A DNA stretch of 64,000 nt, taken from the NCBI GenBank assembly GCA_030390025.1, contig CM059433.1, positions 25,360,001 through 25,424,000 of the forward strand, given 5' to 3'. A program made the position numbers and the translations under genes. The notes below the pieces were generated by a model. It worked only from the letters and a program-made list of their open reading frames with translations. It was not told the origin of the DNA and did no database searches. Numbering within the stretch: the stretch's first letter is position 1; each line of letters begins with the position of its first letter. The stretch comes from Squalus acanthias. Taxonomy: Eukaryota. Of this stretch, positions 25,364 to 38,370 are shown piece by piece.

Positions 25364-25884
25364 TGCCCTTGTTAGGAAGTTAGGTGCTCAGTCAAATGAG
25401 CTACTGTCATACAATGTCCCAAAAAGAGTATTTGGCATGAAATCTTGGCAGCCTGTTAGGCAGAGTAGATGAGAAGCATGGAAACTAGTCGCACAGGTAT
25501 TAGGTGCTTTTCTCCCAAAGGTAAACAGGTAACGCTCAAGTTGGTTCAACTCTCTCTGGTACCAAAGTGGTGAAGATCATCAGATCGCATTTCAGATGCT
25601 TAGCTGAAGTGTCCTATGTTAGCAGGAAGATGATAACAGATGTGCCTTATGATGGCAGGACTATGAAGAAAGACATGGAGGAAGAGGAGAAACAACATCT
25701 TACATTATAGCATTCATTATGTACAAATAAACATCTTAGCACGCTTTACAGGGCAATAGATAGCAAGTGCAAACTTTGGTATGTGGAGCAGGGCTAGGAG
25801 GAGACAAAAGTGCAAAAGCACAGGATAGAGTGGAGTGGAGCTAGAGTGTCCATTTCGGATGGGTGAAAAATAAGTAAGAGTTTG

Positions 25885-26672
25885 AATGCCATTAAACTCC
25901 ATTCCCTAGCCACCGACTCCATGCCTCTCCCTGGCAACTGCCTGAGGCTGAACAAGACTGTTTGCAGCCTTGGTGTCTATTTGACCCTGAGATGCACTTC
26001 CGAACACATCCGCTCTATCACCAAGACCACCTACTCCCACCTCCATGATATCGCCCGACTCTGCCCCTGCCTCAACTCATCCGCTGCTGAAACCCTCATC
26101 CATGCCTTTGTTACCTCTAGACTCGATTATTCCAATGCTCTGCTGGCTGGCCTCCCATCTTCCACCCTCCATAAACTGATCAAAAACTCTGCTGCCTGGA
26201 TCCTAACTCGCACCAAGTCCTGTTCAGCCATCACCTCTGTGCTCGCTGACCCACATTGGCTCCCGGTCCAGCAACGCCTCGATTTTAAAATTCTCACTTT
26301 TTTTTCAAATCCCTCCATGGCCTCACCCCTCCCTACCTCTGTAATTTCCTCCAGCCCTACAACCCTCCCATGATCTCTGCGCTCCTCCAATTCTGGCCTC
26401 TTGCGCATCCCCGATTTTAATCGCGCCACCATTTGGCGGCCATGCCTTCAGCTGCCTAGGCCCTAAGCTCTGGAATTCCCTCCCAAAACATCTCCACCTC
26501 TCTACCTCTCTCTCCTCCTTAATGCTCCTTAAAACCTATCTCTTTGACCAAGCTTTTGGTCACCTGCCCTAATATCTCTTTATTTGGCTTGGTGTCAAAT
26601 TTTTGTTTGATAACCCTCCTGTGACGTTTTACTATGTTAAAGGCATTATAGAAATGCAAGCTGTTGTTGTTG
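25885..26672 (+). mobile_element. L2 LINE 3' fragment
   Basis: SAAETLIHAFVTSRLDYSNALLAGLP; HWLPVQQRLDFKIL; L2-type 3' end with (TTG)n. Confidence 0.88.
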
Positions 26673-27734
26673 TGAATGAAATGTTTTAAATGTTGCTGTA
26701 ACTGTAGCCTGAGCAGTTAATAGGGAAGCATCTGAAGCTAAAGAACAGAGCCAAGCCAGGACAGGCTCAGTGCAGCCAGTCACAGTGGAGGCTCCTGGTA
26801 TTGTCCATCGGCAGGGGCTGCACCAACTTGAACCAAGGTCAGGATGCCAGACTGTCTGGAAGAGGGGGATCTGCTGCATTAACTCACACAGCACAATTAA
26901 CACAGAATGACAGAGTCCCCCACAGAATGTTACTCATTATACTGATGTCCATGGTAGCCTGGGGTAGAGTGAACTGGCAGGACTGGTAATGTTCAGCATG
27001 CTGACCCTTCGTGAGCAACCTTATGGAGGCAAATGGAGAGCACTAAGCTTGCAGTGCAGTCTGAGCTCACATGGTAATTTTACCCAGGAAATACGTTATT
27101 GCATCATCAGAAACACCCAATGCAGCACAATAGTAGATGGGTACCACACCTTGTCTGTGATGAGGTAGCTTTGCCTGTCTTACATGCTCAAAGGAAGGAT
27201 CCAGGAAGTAACACCATTTGCTGAATTAGCTGGGAGCAGAGCGAGTTTCTCAGTGATGGGTGTTGCTCTAGTTAGACAGCAGTCATACAGACAGGAGTTG
27301 CAAAGTTTTTAATCAAGCTTTCAATCATTGTCATGGGGAAGACCCGGCTACACCAGGTAGTTTACTGGAAAGGAAAATATGGGCAAACTGCCACCAGCCA
27401 AGCAGCATCCAGATTCCATGCCATTTAATGTATGAGACCATAAGAAGTACACAATACAGGAGGCAATAGCTGCAAGGTTAACACGTATGTCAGGAAAGGC
27501 TCTGGCATGTCTCACGGAGCACTGTAACTGGAATGGTTTGTCAATATTGCCCTGGGCTGTGCTTCCAAGCAAGACACTAGTCCAGTTCTCGTAAGCAGCA
27601 CCAGCAAGTAATGGTCTTCCTGGGGGGAAAGTCATGTGACAGAAGCAGAGTGTGTCATATCTTAGCGGTTCAAGAAGAAGGTCCACTACCACCTTCTCAG
27701 GGCAACTTGGGATGGGCAATAAATGCCGGCCTCT

Positions 27735-28105
27735 TGCATTTCTATAGTGCTTTTCATGACCAACAGACATCCCAAAGCGCTTTACAGCCAATGAAGTACT
27801 TTTTGGAGTGTAGTCACGGTTGTAATGTAGGAAACGTGGCAGCCAATATGCGCACAGCAAGCTCCCACAAACAGCAATGTGATAATGACCAGATAATCTA
27901 TTTTAGTGATGTTTATAGAAGGATAAATATTGGCTAGGACACCATGGATAACTCCCCTGCTCTTCTTTGAAATAGTGCCATGGGATCTTTTATGTCCACC
28001 TGAGAGACCAGACGGGGCCTCCAACATTGCAGCACTCCCTCAGTACTGTACTGGAGTGACAGCCTAGATTTTGTGCTCAAGTCTCTGGAGTGGGACTTGA
28101 AATCG
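27735..28105 (-). mobile_element. Deu SINE, internally deleted
   Basis: Reverse complement of the SINE at 22450-22899. Confidence 0.8.
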
Positions 28106-29201
28106 TGTTTAACTAACTTGATTGAGTTTTTTGATAAAAGAGAGGGTTGATGAGGGCAATGTGGTTGACGTAGTGTACATGAACTTCCAAAAGGCGTTTG
28201 ATAAAGTGCCACATAATAGGCTTGCCAGTAAACTTGAAGCCCATGGAATAAAAAGGACAGTGGCAGCATGGATACAAAATTGGCTAAGTGATAGGAAACA
28301 GAGAGTAGTGGTGAACGGTTGTTTTTTGGACTGGAGGAAGGTGTACAGTGGTGTTCCCCAGGGGTCGGTACTAAGATCACTGCTTTTCTTGATATATGTT
28401 AATGACTTGGACTTGGGTGTACAGGGAACAATTTCAAAATTTGCAGATGACACTAAACGTGGAAGTATAGTGAACAGTGAGGATGATAGTGATAGACTTC
28501 AAGAGGACATAGACAGGCTGGTGGAATGGGCGGACACGTGGCAGATGAAATTTAACGCAGAAAAGTGTGAAGTGATACATTTTGTTAGGAAGAACAAGGA
28601 GAGCCAATATAAACTAAAGGGTACAATTCTAAAGGGGGGTGCATGAACAGAGAGACCGGGGGGTATATGTGCACAAATCATTGAAGGTGGCAGGGCAGGT
28701 TGAGGAAGCGGTTAAAAAAGCATACGGGATCCTGGGCTTCATAAATAGATGCGGAGATGCCGGTGTTGGACTGGGGTGGACAAAATTGAGAGGTCGCACA
28801 ACACCAGGTTATAGTCCAACAGTTTTATTTGAAATCACAAGCTTTCGGAGCTATCGATTTGCTCCTTCCTCAGGTGAAGTAAATTAGATACAGAATCTCC
28901 AAAGCATATATAGATGGAAAACAAAGAATGTGTACTTTACAATTGCAGACCAATAAATTAAATCATCCTGACTATCTGCCGAGGTGTGATAAAGTTAATT
29001 AAGTCAGCCAGGAAGGTACCACATCAAAGACATAGCAAGATACAACTGAGACAATGAGGTGTAGTCGCAGGGGTTCTAACGTGTCAAAAGCTGCCGTCTG
29101 TATGTAAAACGAAAAGCTTTAACATTTTTTTACTTTTTTACTGGGAAAATTTTTACTTTTTTTACTGGGAATCACATCTGTGAACAAGCTAACGACGACT
29201 C

Positions 29202-30110
29202 TACCGCAAGCCCACGGACAACCTCACGATGCTCCACTTCTCCAGCTTCCACCCTAACCATGTTAAAGAAGCCATCCCCTATGGACAAGCCCTGCGAATA
29301 CACAGGATCTGCTCAGACGAGGAGGAACGCGATGGACACCTACGGACGCTGAAAAACGCCCTCGTAAGAACGGGATATGACGCTCGACTCATCGATCGAC
29401 AGTTCCGACGGGCCACAGCGAAAAATCGCATAGACCTCCTCAGAAGGCAAACACGGGACACAACCAACAGGGTACCCTACGTCGTCCAGTACTTCCCCGG
29501 AGCGGAGAAACTACGCCATGTTCTTCGCAGCCTTCAACATGTCATCGATGACGACAAACACCTCGCTAAGGCCATCCCCACGCCTCCACTACTTGCCTTC
29601 AAACAGCCGCCTAACCTCAGAAGTACCATCGTTCGCAGCAAATTACCCAGCTTTCAGGATAACAGCGACCACGACACCACACAACCCTGCCATGGCAAAC
29701 TCTGCAAGACATGCCAGATCATCAACACAGATACCACCATCACACGTGAGGACACTACCCACCAGGTACATGGTACATACTCATGTGACTCGGCCAACGT
29801 TGTCTACCTCATACGTTGCAGGAAAGAATGCACCGCGGCATGGTACATCGGCGAGACCATGCAGACACTGAGACAACGTATGAACGAGCACCGCGCAACA
29901 ATCGCCAGGCAGGATTGTTACCTCCCAGTCGGGGAACACTTCAGCAGTCAAGGACATTCAGCCTCGGATCTGCGGGTAAGCGTTCTCCAAGGCAACCTTA
30001 GAAACACACGACAACGCAAAATCATCGAGCAGAAACTGATAGCCAAGTTCCGCACTCATGAAGACGGTCTCAATCGGGATCTTGGGTTTATGTCACGATA
30101 CATGACGTGA
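29202..30110 (+). CDS. Penelope ORF C-terminal part: RT thumb, linker and GIY-YIG endonuclease (5'-truncated, uninterrupted)
   Basis: YRKPTDNLTMLHFSSFHP...IPYGQALRIHRICS; NVVYLIRC...WYIGETMQTLRQRMNEHR; GLNRDLGF. Confidence 0.9.
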   Translation, partial: YRKPTDNLTMLHFSSFHPNHVKEAIPYGQALRIHRICSDEEERDGHLRTLKNALVRTGYDARLIDRQFRRATAKNRIDLLRRQTRDTTNRVPYVVQYFPGAEKLRHVLRSLQHVIDDDKHLAKAIPTPPLLAFKQPPNLRSTIVRSKLPSFQDNSDHDTTQPCHGKLCKTCQIINTDTTITREDTTHQVHGTYSCDSANVVYLIRCRKECTAAWYIGETMQTLRQRMNEHRATIARQDCYLPVGEHFSSQGHSASDLRVSVLQGNLRNTRQRKIIEQKLIAKFRTHEDGLNRDLGFMSRYMT

Positions 30111-30443
30111 TCCGGACTCGAGTCGTCGTTAGCTTGTTCACAGATGTGATTCCCAGTAAAAAAAGTAAAAATTTTCCCAGTAAAAAAGTAAAAAAATGTT
30201 AAAGCTTTTCGTTTTACATACAGACGGCAGCTTTTGACACGTTAGAACCCCTGCGACTACACCTCATTGTCTCAGTTGTATCTTGCTATGTCTTTGATGT
30301 GGTACCTTCCTGGCTGACTTAATTAACTTTATCACACCTCGGCAGATAGTCAGGATGATTTAATTTATTGGTCTGCAATTGTAAAGTACACATTCTTTGT
30401 TTTCCATCTATATATGCTTTGGAGATTCTGTATCTAATTTACT

Positions 30444-30486
30444 TCACCTGAGGAAGGAGCAAATCGATAGCTCCGAAAGCTTGTGA
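30444..30486 (+). ncRNA. Minimal hammerhead ribozyme motif (mirror copy on - at 28835-28877)
   Basis: TCAC-CTGAGGA-A-GGAGC aaatcgata GCTCC-GAA-AGCT-T-GTGA. Confidence 0.75.
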
Positions 30487-31492
30487 TTTCAAATAAAACT
30501 GTTGGACTATAACCTGGTGTTGTGCGACCTCTCAATTTCATAAATAGAGGCATAGGGTACAAAAGCAAGGAGGTTATGATGAACCTTTATAAAACACTGG
30601 TTCGGCCTCAACTGAAGTATTGTGTCCAATTCTGGGCACCGCACTTTAGGAAGGATGTGAAGGCCTTAGAGAGGGTGCAGAAAAAATATTTACAAGAATG
30701 GTTCCAGGGATGAGGAACTTCAGTTACGTGGATAGACTGGAGAAGCTGGGGTTGTTCTCCTTGGAGCAGAGAAGGTTGAAAGGAGATTGGATAGAGGTGT
30801 TCAAAATCATGAGGAGTCTAGACAGAGTAGATAGAGAGAAACTGTTCCCATTGGTGGAAGGGTCGAGAACCAGAGGACACAGATTTAAGGTGATTGGCAG
30901 AAGAACTAAAGGCGACATAAGGAAAAACTTTTTTACACAGCGAGTGGTTAGGATCTGGAGAGAGTTTGCTCCAAACACTTGCAACCTGCGTAAAGCTCAA
31001 TCTGTGTTCCAAATGCAGTGAGCAACAGCTTCTGAGCTTGGAAAGTGAACATTTCATATAGCACATTTCAAGCTGTCAAGTAATCAGCTGATTCAATGGC
31101 CATTCATCTCCCGCCTCAGCTTAACAGACATGATCCCCGAGCAGCGAGGACCCCGTTGGTGAGCACATAAAGTCAAAATGTATTCTTAATGATGTCTAAA
31201 CAAGGTCATAATGAGCTTAATTGGGTCCTCCGCTGCTGCGTGTTGGGTCTGCTCAGTGCTGACAGACCCGACATTGGGAAAGGCGCATGGCAGCGGGTTC
31301 ACAGCGGGGTCCCAACCCGCTGGGGGAAAAAAACACTTTCCCACTTGACCCGTCACCGATTGCGCCCGCTGAACGCCCCACAAAATTCCAGCCAAACAGT
31401 CTGACAGTGTGAAATTTATCATCTTCCACAGTGAACAGAAGAGCCTAGTGGATAGCTCATGTAGTGTCTGGTGCATAATGCCATGGTAAAAC

Positions 31493-32605
31493 TGTCATTA
31501 TTAGCCTGTAATACATGGTGCTATTGTTTGCCTGTGACACGTGGTGTCATTGTTAGCCTGTCATACGCAGTGTCATTGTTAGGCTGTGACACGCGGTGTC
31601 ATTGTTAGCCTGTTATACGCGGTGTCATTGTTTGCCTGTGACACACGGTGTCATTGTTAGGCTGTGACACGCGGTGTCATTGTTAGGCTGTGACACGCGG
31701 TGTCATTGTTAGGCTGTGACACGCGGTGTCATTGTTTGACTGTCATACGCGGTGTCATTGTTAGTCTATGACACGCGGTGTCATTGTTTGCCTGTGACAC
31801 GCGGTGTCATTGTTAGCCTGTCATACACGGTGTCATTGTTAGTCTATGACACGCGGTGTCATTATTTGCCTGTGACACGCGGTGTCATTGTTAGCCTGTC
31901 ATACGCGGTGTCATTGTTAGGCTGTGACATGCGGTGTCATTGTTAGCCTGTCATACGCGGTGTCATTGTTTGCCTGTGACACACGGTGTCATTGTTAGGC
32001 TGTGACACGCGGTGTCATTGTTTGCCTGTGACACACAGTGTCATTGTTTGCCTGTGACACGCGGTGTCATTGTTAGGCTGTGACACGCGGTGTCATTGTT
32101 TGCCTGTGACACGCGGTGTCATTGTTAGGCTGTGACATGCGGTGTCATTGTTTGCCTGTGACACGCGGTGTCATTGTTAGCCTGTCATACGCGGTGTCAT
32201 TGTTAGTCTATGACACGCGGTGTCATTGTTTGCCTGTGACACGCGGTGTCATTGTTAGCCTGTCATACACGGTGTCATTGTTAGTCTATGTCACGCGGTG
32301 TCATTGTTTGCCTGTGACACGCGGTGTCATTGTTAGCCTGTCATACGCGGTGTCATTGTTAGGCTGTGACATGCGGTGTCATTGTTAGCCTGTCATACGC
32401 AGTGTCATTGTTAGCCTGTCATATGCGGTATCATTGTTAGCCTGTCATACGCGGTGTCATTGTTAGCCTGTCATATGCGGTGTCATTGTTAGCCTGTCAT
32501 ACGCGGTGTCATTGTTAGCCTGTCATACGCGGGCTCACTGTTAGTCTATGACACGCGGTGTCATTGTTTGCCTGTGCCACGCGGTGTCATTGTTAGTCTG
32601 TCATA
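31493..32605. repeat. 26-bp minisatellite, about 43 copies, four interspersed variants
   Basis: Unit CGCGGTGTCATTGTT(AG/TG)(C/G/T)CT(G/A)T(GACA/CATA); a 78-bp superunit is visible in ORFs 31752 and 32116. Confidence 0.95.
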
Positions 32606-35493
32606 CACTATCCCATTTACCGCATGTATAAGCTATAGGTCATGAGAAAGCCAGTCTGCTCATGGCAACTGCCTTTTATTTTGCCAATGCAAGATTGAAG
32701 CTTTGAGATAGAGCCGCAATTGTAACAGGTAGAATAATGCATAAGAGTATAGGACAATGCCTTCCTATGTTGGCAGGAAGGATGCCAGTATCTAAACAAA
32801 TGTCAACATCTTGAGGAGAGAATGGGAGAAAACTGGAATTACTGTTGGTGATAATTGCAGACAAATGTTTAATGCATTAAGATAAATGGGCTAACACCTC
32901 GCTTAAAATAGCGCACAGCAGAATGCCATACGAGCATGTTCATTGTTTGCTATTAGCATCACAATAATTTCTAGCCTCTGATCAACTATTACACCTAGGT
33001 TTTTCTCCCCGACTGAGGTTTTTAAAGTATATCTTCTTCACTTATTAATCATATCTGTTATTTTTAGCACCATTATGTTTTATATTTTTCATTATTGACT
33101 TTTTGAACACCACGGCTAAGTTTACTCATTCCATTGCTGTCGGATGAATAGGCTCACAATGACTATAACTGTTAGCAGCCCTCTTGTTAGTATGACCTGT
33201 GGGTGCGGTTGCGGAAAAAAGGCAAGAGGAAGATTTTATAGTTAGAAAACAAAGGGAAATGTTAGAATAGGTGGAATAAATTATTTTCACCAAAAAATGG
33301 CAGAGTAGAGAAGAAAATAATAAAGAAAAAGGACAACGTGGTGAACACAGACTTGTTAAATTCATGCAAGTTATGCAAAATTATGTTTTATGTGTTCAAC
33401 TAATAGGGTTGGAACCCTGCCTAAGACAGTCCTCGTGAGCAGAGACTGGAGCTCTGGCTCTGAATTCTGGGTTGAGATCTAGTGGGATACTCGTGTCCGG
33501 TGGGTGTGGGTATCCCCCCTTATGATATGGGTTGTGGGAGCCCTTAAAACATTCCTGCTGTCTTAGGACTAACCAGTCTATCGGCTGGTTATGGCCATGG
33601 AAGGAGCGTTCACTGTCAGACTGTTAATCAGCCTGTGAATCTTTCCACACTGTTCTCCAAGGGGAAGAGGGTGAAGATATCAAAGTATCAAAACAACAGA
33701 AATAACATTAAATAAAAACAGAAAATACTGGAAATACTCAGCAGGTCAGGCAGCATCTGTGGAGAGAGAAACAGAGTCAATGTTTCAGGTCGATGACCTA
33801 TCATCAGAATTGGAAAAGCTGGAGATGGAACAGGTTTTTAAGCAAGTGCAGGGACAGGGAAAGGGGGGAGGGGAGGAAAGAACAAAAGGGAAGGTCTGTG
33901 ATTGGATGGAAGGCAGGAGAGATTAAGAGACAAAAGGGATGATGGTGCAAGGCAAAAGGAGATGGTAATGGGACAAGTTAAGAAACAAAAGATGGCTCTA
34001 GATGAAGTGCAAATGGCACTGGCAGAATGAAAGACAGCTGCCATGTGAGAGAGAGAAAAAAAATGGAAAAAAGATAGGGGCGGAGCTTATGGTCTGAAAT
34101 TGTTGAACTCGATGTTGAGTCCAGAAGGCTGTAAAGTGTCTAATCGAAAGATGAGGTGCTGTTCCTCGAGCTTACGTTAAGCTTCATTGGAACAGTGTAA
34201 GAGGTCGAGGACGGTGAGGTCTGAGTGGGAGTGGAGCGGAGAATTAAAGTGACAGGCGACCGGAAGCTCGGGGTCACCCTTACGGACTGAACGGAGGTGT
34301 TCCGCAAAGCGGTCACCCAATCTGTGTTTGGTCTTCCCAGTGTAGAGGAGACCGCATCGTGAGCAGCGAATACAGTATACTAAATTGCAAGAAGTACAAG
34401 TAAATCACTGTTTCACCTGGAAGCAGTGTTTGGGGCCCTGGACAGTGGGAAGGGAGGAAGTAAAAGGGCATGTGTTGCATCTCCTGCGCTTGCACGAGAA
34501 GGTGCCGGGCGACGGGGAAGGGGTGTTGGGGGTGATAGAGGAGTGGACCAGGGTGTCGCGGAGGGAGCGGTCCCTTCGGAATGCTGAAAGGGGAGGTGAG
34601 GGGAAGATGTGTTTGGTGATGCGATCACGCTGGAGGTGGCGGAAATGGCGGAGGATGATCCGTTGAATGTGGAGGCTGGTGGGATGAAAGGTGAGGACAT
34701 GGGGAAGCCTATCATGGTTCCGGGAGGGAGGGGAAGGGGTGAGAGCAGAAGTGTGGGAAATAGAAGGGACACGGTCAAGGGCCATGTCAACCACAGTAGA
34801 GGGGAATCCTCAGTTGAGGAAAAAGGAAGACATGTTGGAAGCACTAGTATGGAAGGTGGCATCGTCAGAGCAGATGCGGCGGAGACGGAGAAACTGGGAG
34901 AATGGAATAGAGTCCTTACAGGAAGCGGGGTGGGAGGAAGTGTAGTCCAGATAGCTGTGGGAGTCAGTCGGCTTGTAGTGGATGTTTGTCAATAGCCTAT
35001 TCCCAGATATGGAGATAGAGAAGTCGAGAAAGGGAAGGGAAGAGTCGGAGATGGACCATGTGAAGGTGAGGGAAGGGTGGAAATTGGAAGCAAAGTGAAT
35101 GAAATTTTCTAGTTCAGGGCGAGAGCAGGAAACAGCACCGATACAGTCATCAATGTACCGGAAAAAGAGGTGAGGGAGGGGACTTCAGTAGGACTGGAAC
35201 AAAGAATGTTCCACATATCCCACAAAAAGGCAGGCATAGCTAGGACCCATGCGGGTACCCATAGCAACACCTTTAATTTGGAGGAAGTGAGTGGAGTCAA
35301 AGGAGAAGTTGTTCAATGTGAGAACAAGTTCAGCCAGTCGGAGGAGGGTGGTGGTGGATGGGGACTGGTTGAGCCTCTGTTCAAGGAGAAGCGGAGCACC
35401 CTCAGGCCATCCTGGTGGGGGATAGAGGTTTAGAGGGATTGGACGTCCATGGTGAAAAGGAGATGGTTGGGGCCAGGAAACTGGAAACTGTTA

Positions 35494-36384
35494 GGGGGAA
35501 AAATTCAGTTGGTTGTGCCTCCCGTTAGCGCCTTAAGAGGGCGCTAATGGGGCGCAAAGCATCTAGCGCCCAGGTACGGCGAAGTTTGTGCCGCTCGCGA
35601 AATTAACTAGACATTTTGCGGCGGCACTAAACACTACCGCCACGGTCTCCTGCGCCGGCAGATCGTGACGTCAGTCGAGTGCGCAACGCCCCGGTATTGC
35701 CCCGGAGCGGATATTGAGTGGCGCCCCCTGCCTTACCGCCTGACGCTAGCAACGACAGGTTGAGGGCAGCGTTCTGCAGTCATGAAGGGAAAGGGGGAGC
35801 GCTATTTAAAGGTGACCGCTTCCTGCCTTTTATTGTTGGTGCCATTTTTGAACTACGCATTCTGAGAGAGAGAGAGAGACTTCTGGAGAGATTCAACGTT
35901 GTGTGAAGGAGTTTTGGGTACTGAGCAGCACTTTGCAGGTTCATTTTGATTTGCCATTCCTTGTATCGATTTAGAAGAGACTGTGGGGGCTGCACTCTGA
36001 GCTCTTTGCCTGGTACTCTCCATTGTTCTTTCCAGCAGATTTGATGTGCAGGTCTCTCCAGGCCGAGATTCAAGGCTGCAATGAGCAGGATGTGGATGGA
36101 AAGCAAGATTAACCATCCCCTTTAAGAACTGGCCCGTGCCATTGTGTGTGTGTTCCATTGCTGACTGACATCACATGAGCTTCGCCAGCGCTCTGAGGTA
36201 GCGCCTCGCTCCTCGGCCTTTGCGCCTTAAGACAGGTGTGAAGTGCCTGATTTAGCGCTCCAATCACCTCCAGGGGCGATAAAAGTCAAGTTTGCAGTTG
36301 GTGGCGATAATTAGCGCCAGGCGCTAATTTGTGCGCCCGGCCGATAATTGTGCCCCAAATGGGGCGAGACTGAATTTCTCCCCC
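35494..36384 (-). mobile_element. Harbinger-derived MITE, TSD TTA
   Basis: Reverse-complement copy of 6096-6984; TTA at 35491-35493 and 36385-36387. Confidence 0.95.
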
Positions 36385-36655
36385 TTAAAGTTTTAAAAAA
36401 CAATGTTTTTCTCTCTCTCACATGGCAGCTGTTTTTCATTCTACCATTGCCATTTGCACTTCATCTAGAGCCATCTTTTGTTTCTTAACTTGTTCCATTA
36501 CCATCTCCTTTTGCGTTGAACCATCATCCCTTTTGTCTTTTAATCTCTCCTGCCTTCCATCCTATCACAGACCTTCCCTTTTGTTCTTTCCTCCCCTCCC
36601 CCCTTTCCCTGCCCCTGCACTTGCTTAAAAACCTGTTCCATCTCCAGCTTTTTCC

Positions 36656-36692
36656 AGTTCTGACGAAGGGTCATCGACCTGAAACGTTAACT
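36656..36692 (+). ncRNA. Minimal hammerhead ribozyme motif (family B)
   Basis: AGTT-CTGACGA-A-GGGTC atc GACCT-GAA-ACGT-T-AACT. Confidence 0.72.
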
Positions 36693-37574
36693 CTGTTTCT
36701 CTCTCCACAGATGCTGCCTGACCTGCTGAGTTTCTCCAGCATTTTCTGTTTTTACTTCAGATTTCCAGCATCCGCAGTATTTTGCTTTTGTATTAGTAAT
36801 AACATTAATCCTGATGCATGAGTAAATTTATTATTGTAATATTTGTGTGATTTTTTTCAGTGCATGAGCTGAAAACATTAAATTAATTGGGCCAGGGAGA
36901 CAGGAGTCTCCCTGAACTTGTCAGCACATTTAAGTATTAAATATACTTTGGGATTCACCAACTGCTAAGCTTCTGTAGATCTCATTGAATTGTATCTCTT
37001 TCTTCTGAACATTCTGTTTTTCCACACATTTTAATGGCTATAAATATAGATATACTGTTAACACCATCATTACATTGCTTACAAATACTAGCAGATTTCC
37101 CGTGGTGTTGCTGATGGGGGCTTGTCCTGGGTAGCCTAGCCTACACATAGCTGATGTTAAACTACTAAAATGGAGCTGTGTTTAATCTGTCCTGTCCCTT
37201 TCAAGCCACTGCTCAAGTACTCCCTGTGGGAAAGTGATCTAAATAGGCAAGTCCAGGTAAAGGCAGCTGCCTGTAAATACCGAAGGTCACTTAGTGGTTA
37301 ATTAGTAACAGTTTGTACATTTCTGGCAGAGGGCCAGCATTCAATGACCGGCTTTCTTTCTCCTTTTTAAACTATGATATTTCAAAGGCCGTTTGGAGCT
37401 TGGCGAACTGCAAGATGCCAGGTATTTTTACATATCCCAGTGGCTCTCCTGCGGTATTGCTCACAGTAAATTGTAGGATACAAGTATAGGAGGATTATAA
37501 CATGTAACAGAAAGTATCGTGGTGGCATATGTTTGGTGATGGTGGTCCAAAATGAAGAAATGAATGTTTTTTTT

Positions 37575-38370
37575 TAATCGTTCATGGGATGTGGGCGTCG
37601 CTGGCAAGGTCAGCATTCATTGGCCATCACTAATTGCCCTTTTGAAGGTGGTGGTGAGACATCTTTTTGAACCACTGCAGTCCTTGTGGTGAAGGTATTC
37701 CCACAGTGCTGTTAGGGAGGGAGTTCCAGGATTTTGACCCAGCGACGATGACGGAACGGTGATATATTTCCAAGTCAGGATGGTGTGTGACTTGGAGGGG
37801 AACTTGCAGGTGATGGTGTTCCATGCGCCTGCTGCCTATGTCCTTCCAGGTGTTAGAGGTCGCGGGTTTGAGAGGTGCTGTCGAAGAAGCCTTGGCGAGT
37901 TGCTGCAGTGCATCTTGTAGATGGTACACACTGCAGCCATGGTGAGTCAGGAGGTGAGTCACTTGCCGCAGAATACCCAGCTTCTGACCTGCTCTTGTAG
38001 CCACAGTATTTATGTGGCTGGTCCAGTTAAGTACCTTGTCAATGGTGACCCCCCCAGGATGTTGATGGTGGGGGATTCGGTGATGGTTATGCCATTGAAT
38101 GTCAAGGGGCGCTAGTTAGACTCTCTCTTGTTGAAGATAGTCATTGCCTGGCACTTGTGTGGCACGAATGTTACTTGCCACTTACCAGCCCAAGCCTGAA
38201 TGTCGTCCAGGTCTTGCTGCATGCGGGCACGGTCTGCTTCATTATCTGAGGGGTTGCGAATGGCACTGAACACTGTGCAATCATCAGCGAACATCTCCAC
38301 TTCTGACCTTATGATGGAGGGAAGGTAATTGATGAAGTAACTGAAGATGTTTGGGCCTAGGATGCTGCCT
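37575..38370 (-). mobile_element. CR1-group non-LTR retrotransposon 3' fragment (clade uncertain)
   Basis: QGSILGPNIFSYFIN, MFADDCTV, MQQDLDDIQAWAGKWQVTF; same 3' end at 50000-50303 and 63960. Confidence 0.75.

Larger units (their letters stand above)
28750..30536 (+). mobile_element. Young Penelope family A insertion with 419-bp inverted pLTR arms, 33-nt tail and 12-bp TSD
   Basis: Arms 28783-29201 and 30120-30538 identical where compared by eye; TSD TTCATAAATAGA at 28738-28749 and 30537-30548. Confidence 0.95.
28106..30960 (+). mobile_element. CR1 LINE fragment split by a Penelope insertion
   Basis: ORF 28122..28646 RT motifs; GILGFINR / GIGYKSKEV rejoin across the insertion. Confidence 0.9.
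33712..36797 (-). mobile_element. Penelope family B element with inverted pLTR, interrupted by a MITE; 11-bp TSD
   Basis: Minus-strand RT/GIY-YIG remnants at 34100-35490; pLTR 33712-34060 inverted against 36410-36760 plus tail; AATAACATTAA at 33701-33711 and 36798-36808. Confidence 0.88.

Noticed and set aside
31493..32605. CRISPR-like periodic palindromic array
   Set aside because: No unique spacers, no cas genes, vertebrate context; it is a minisatellite
32620..32802. Possible minus-strand exon as SLC22A15 exon 2
   Set aside because: No frame resembles an SLC22 sequence, and the splice signals are weak
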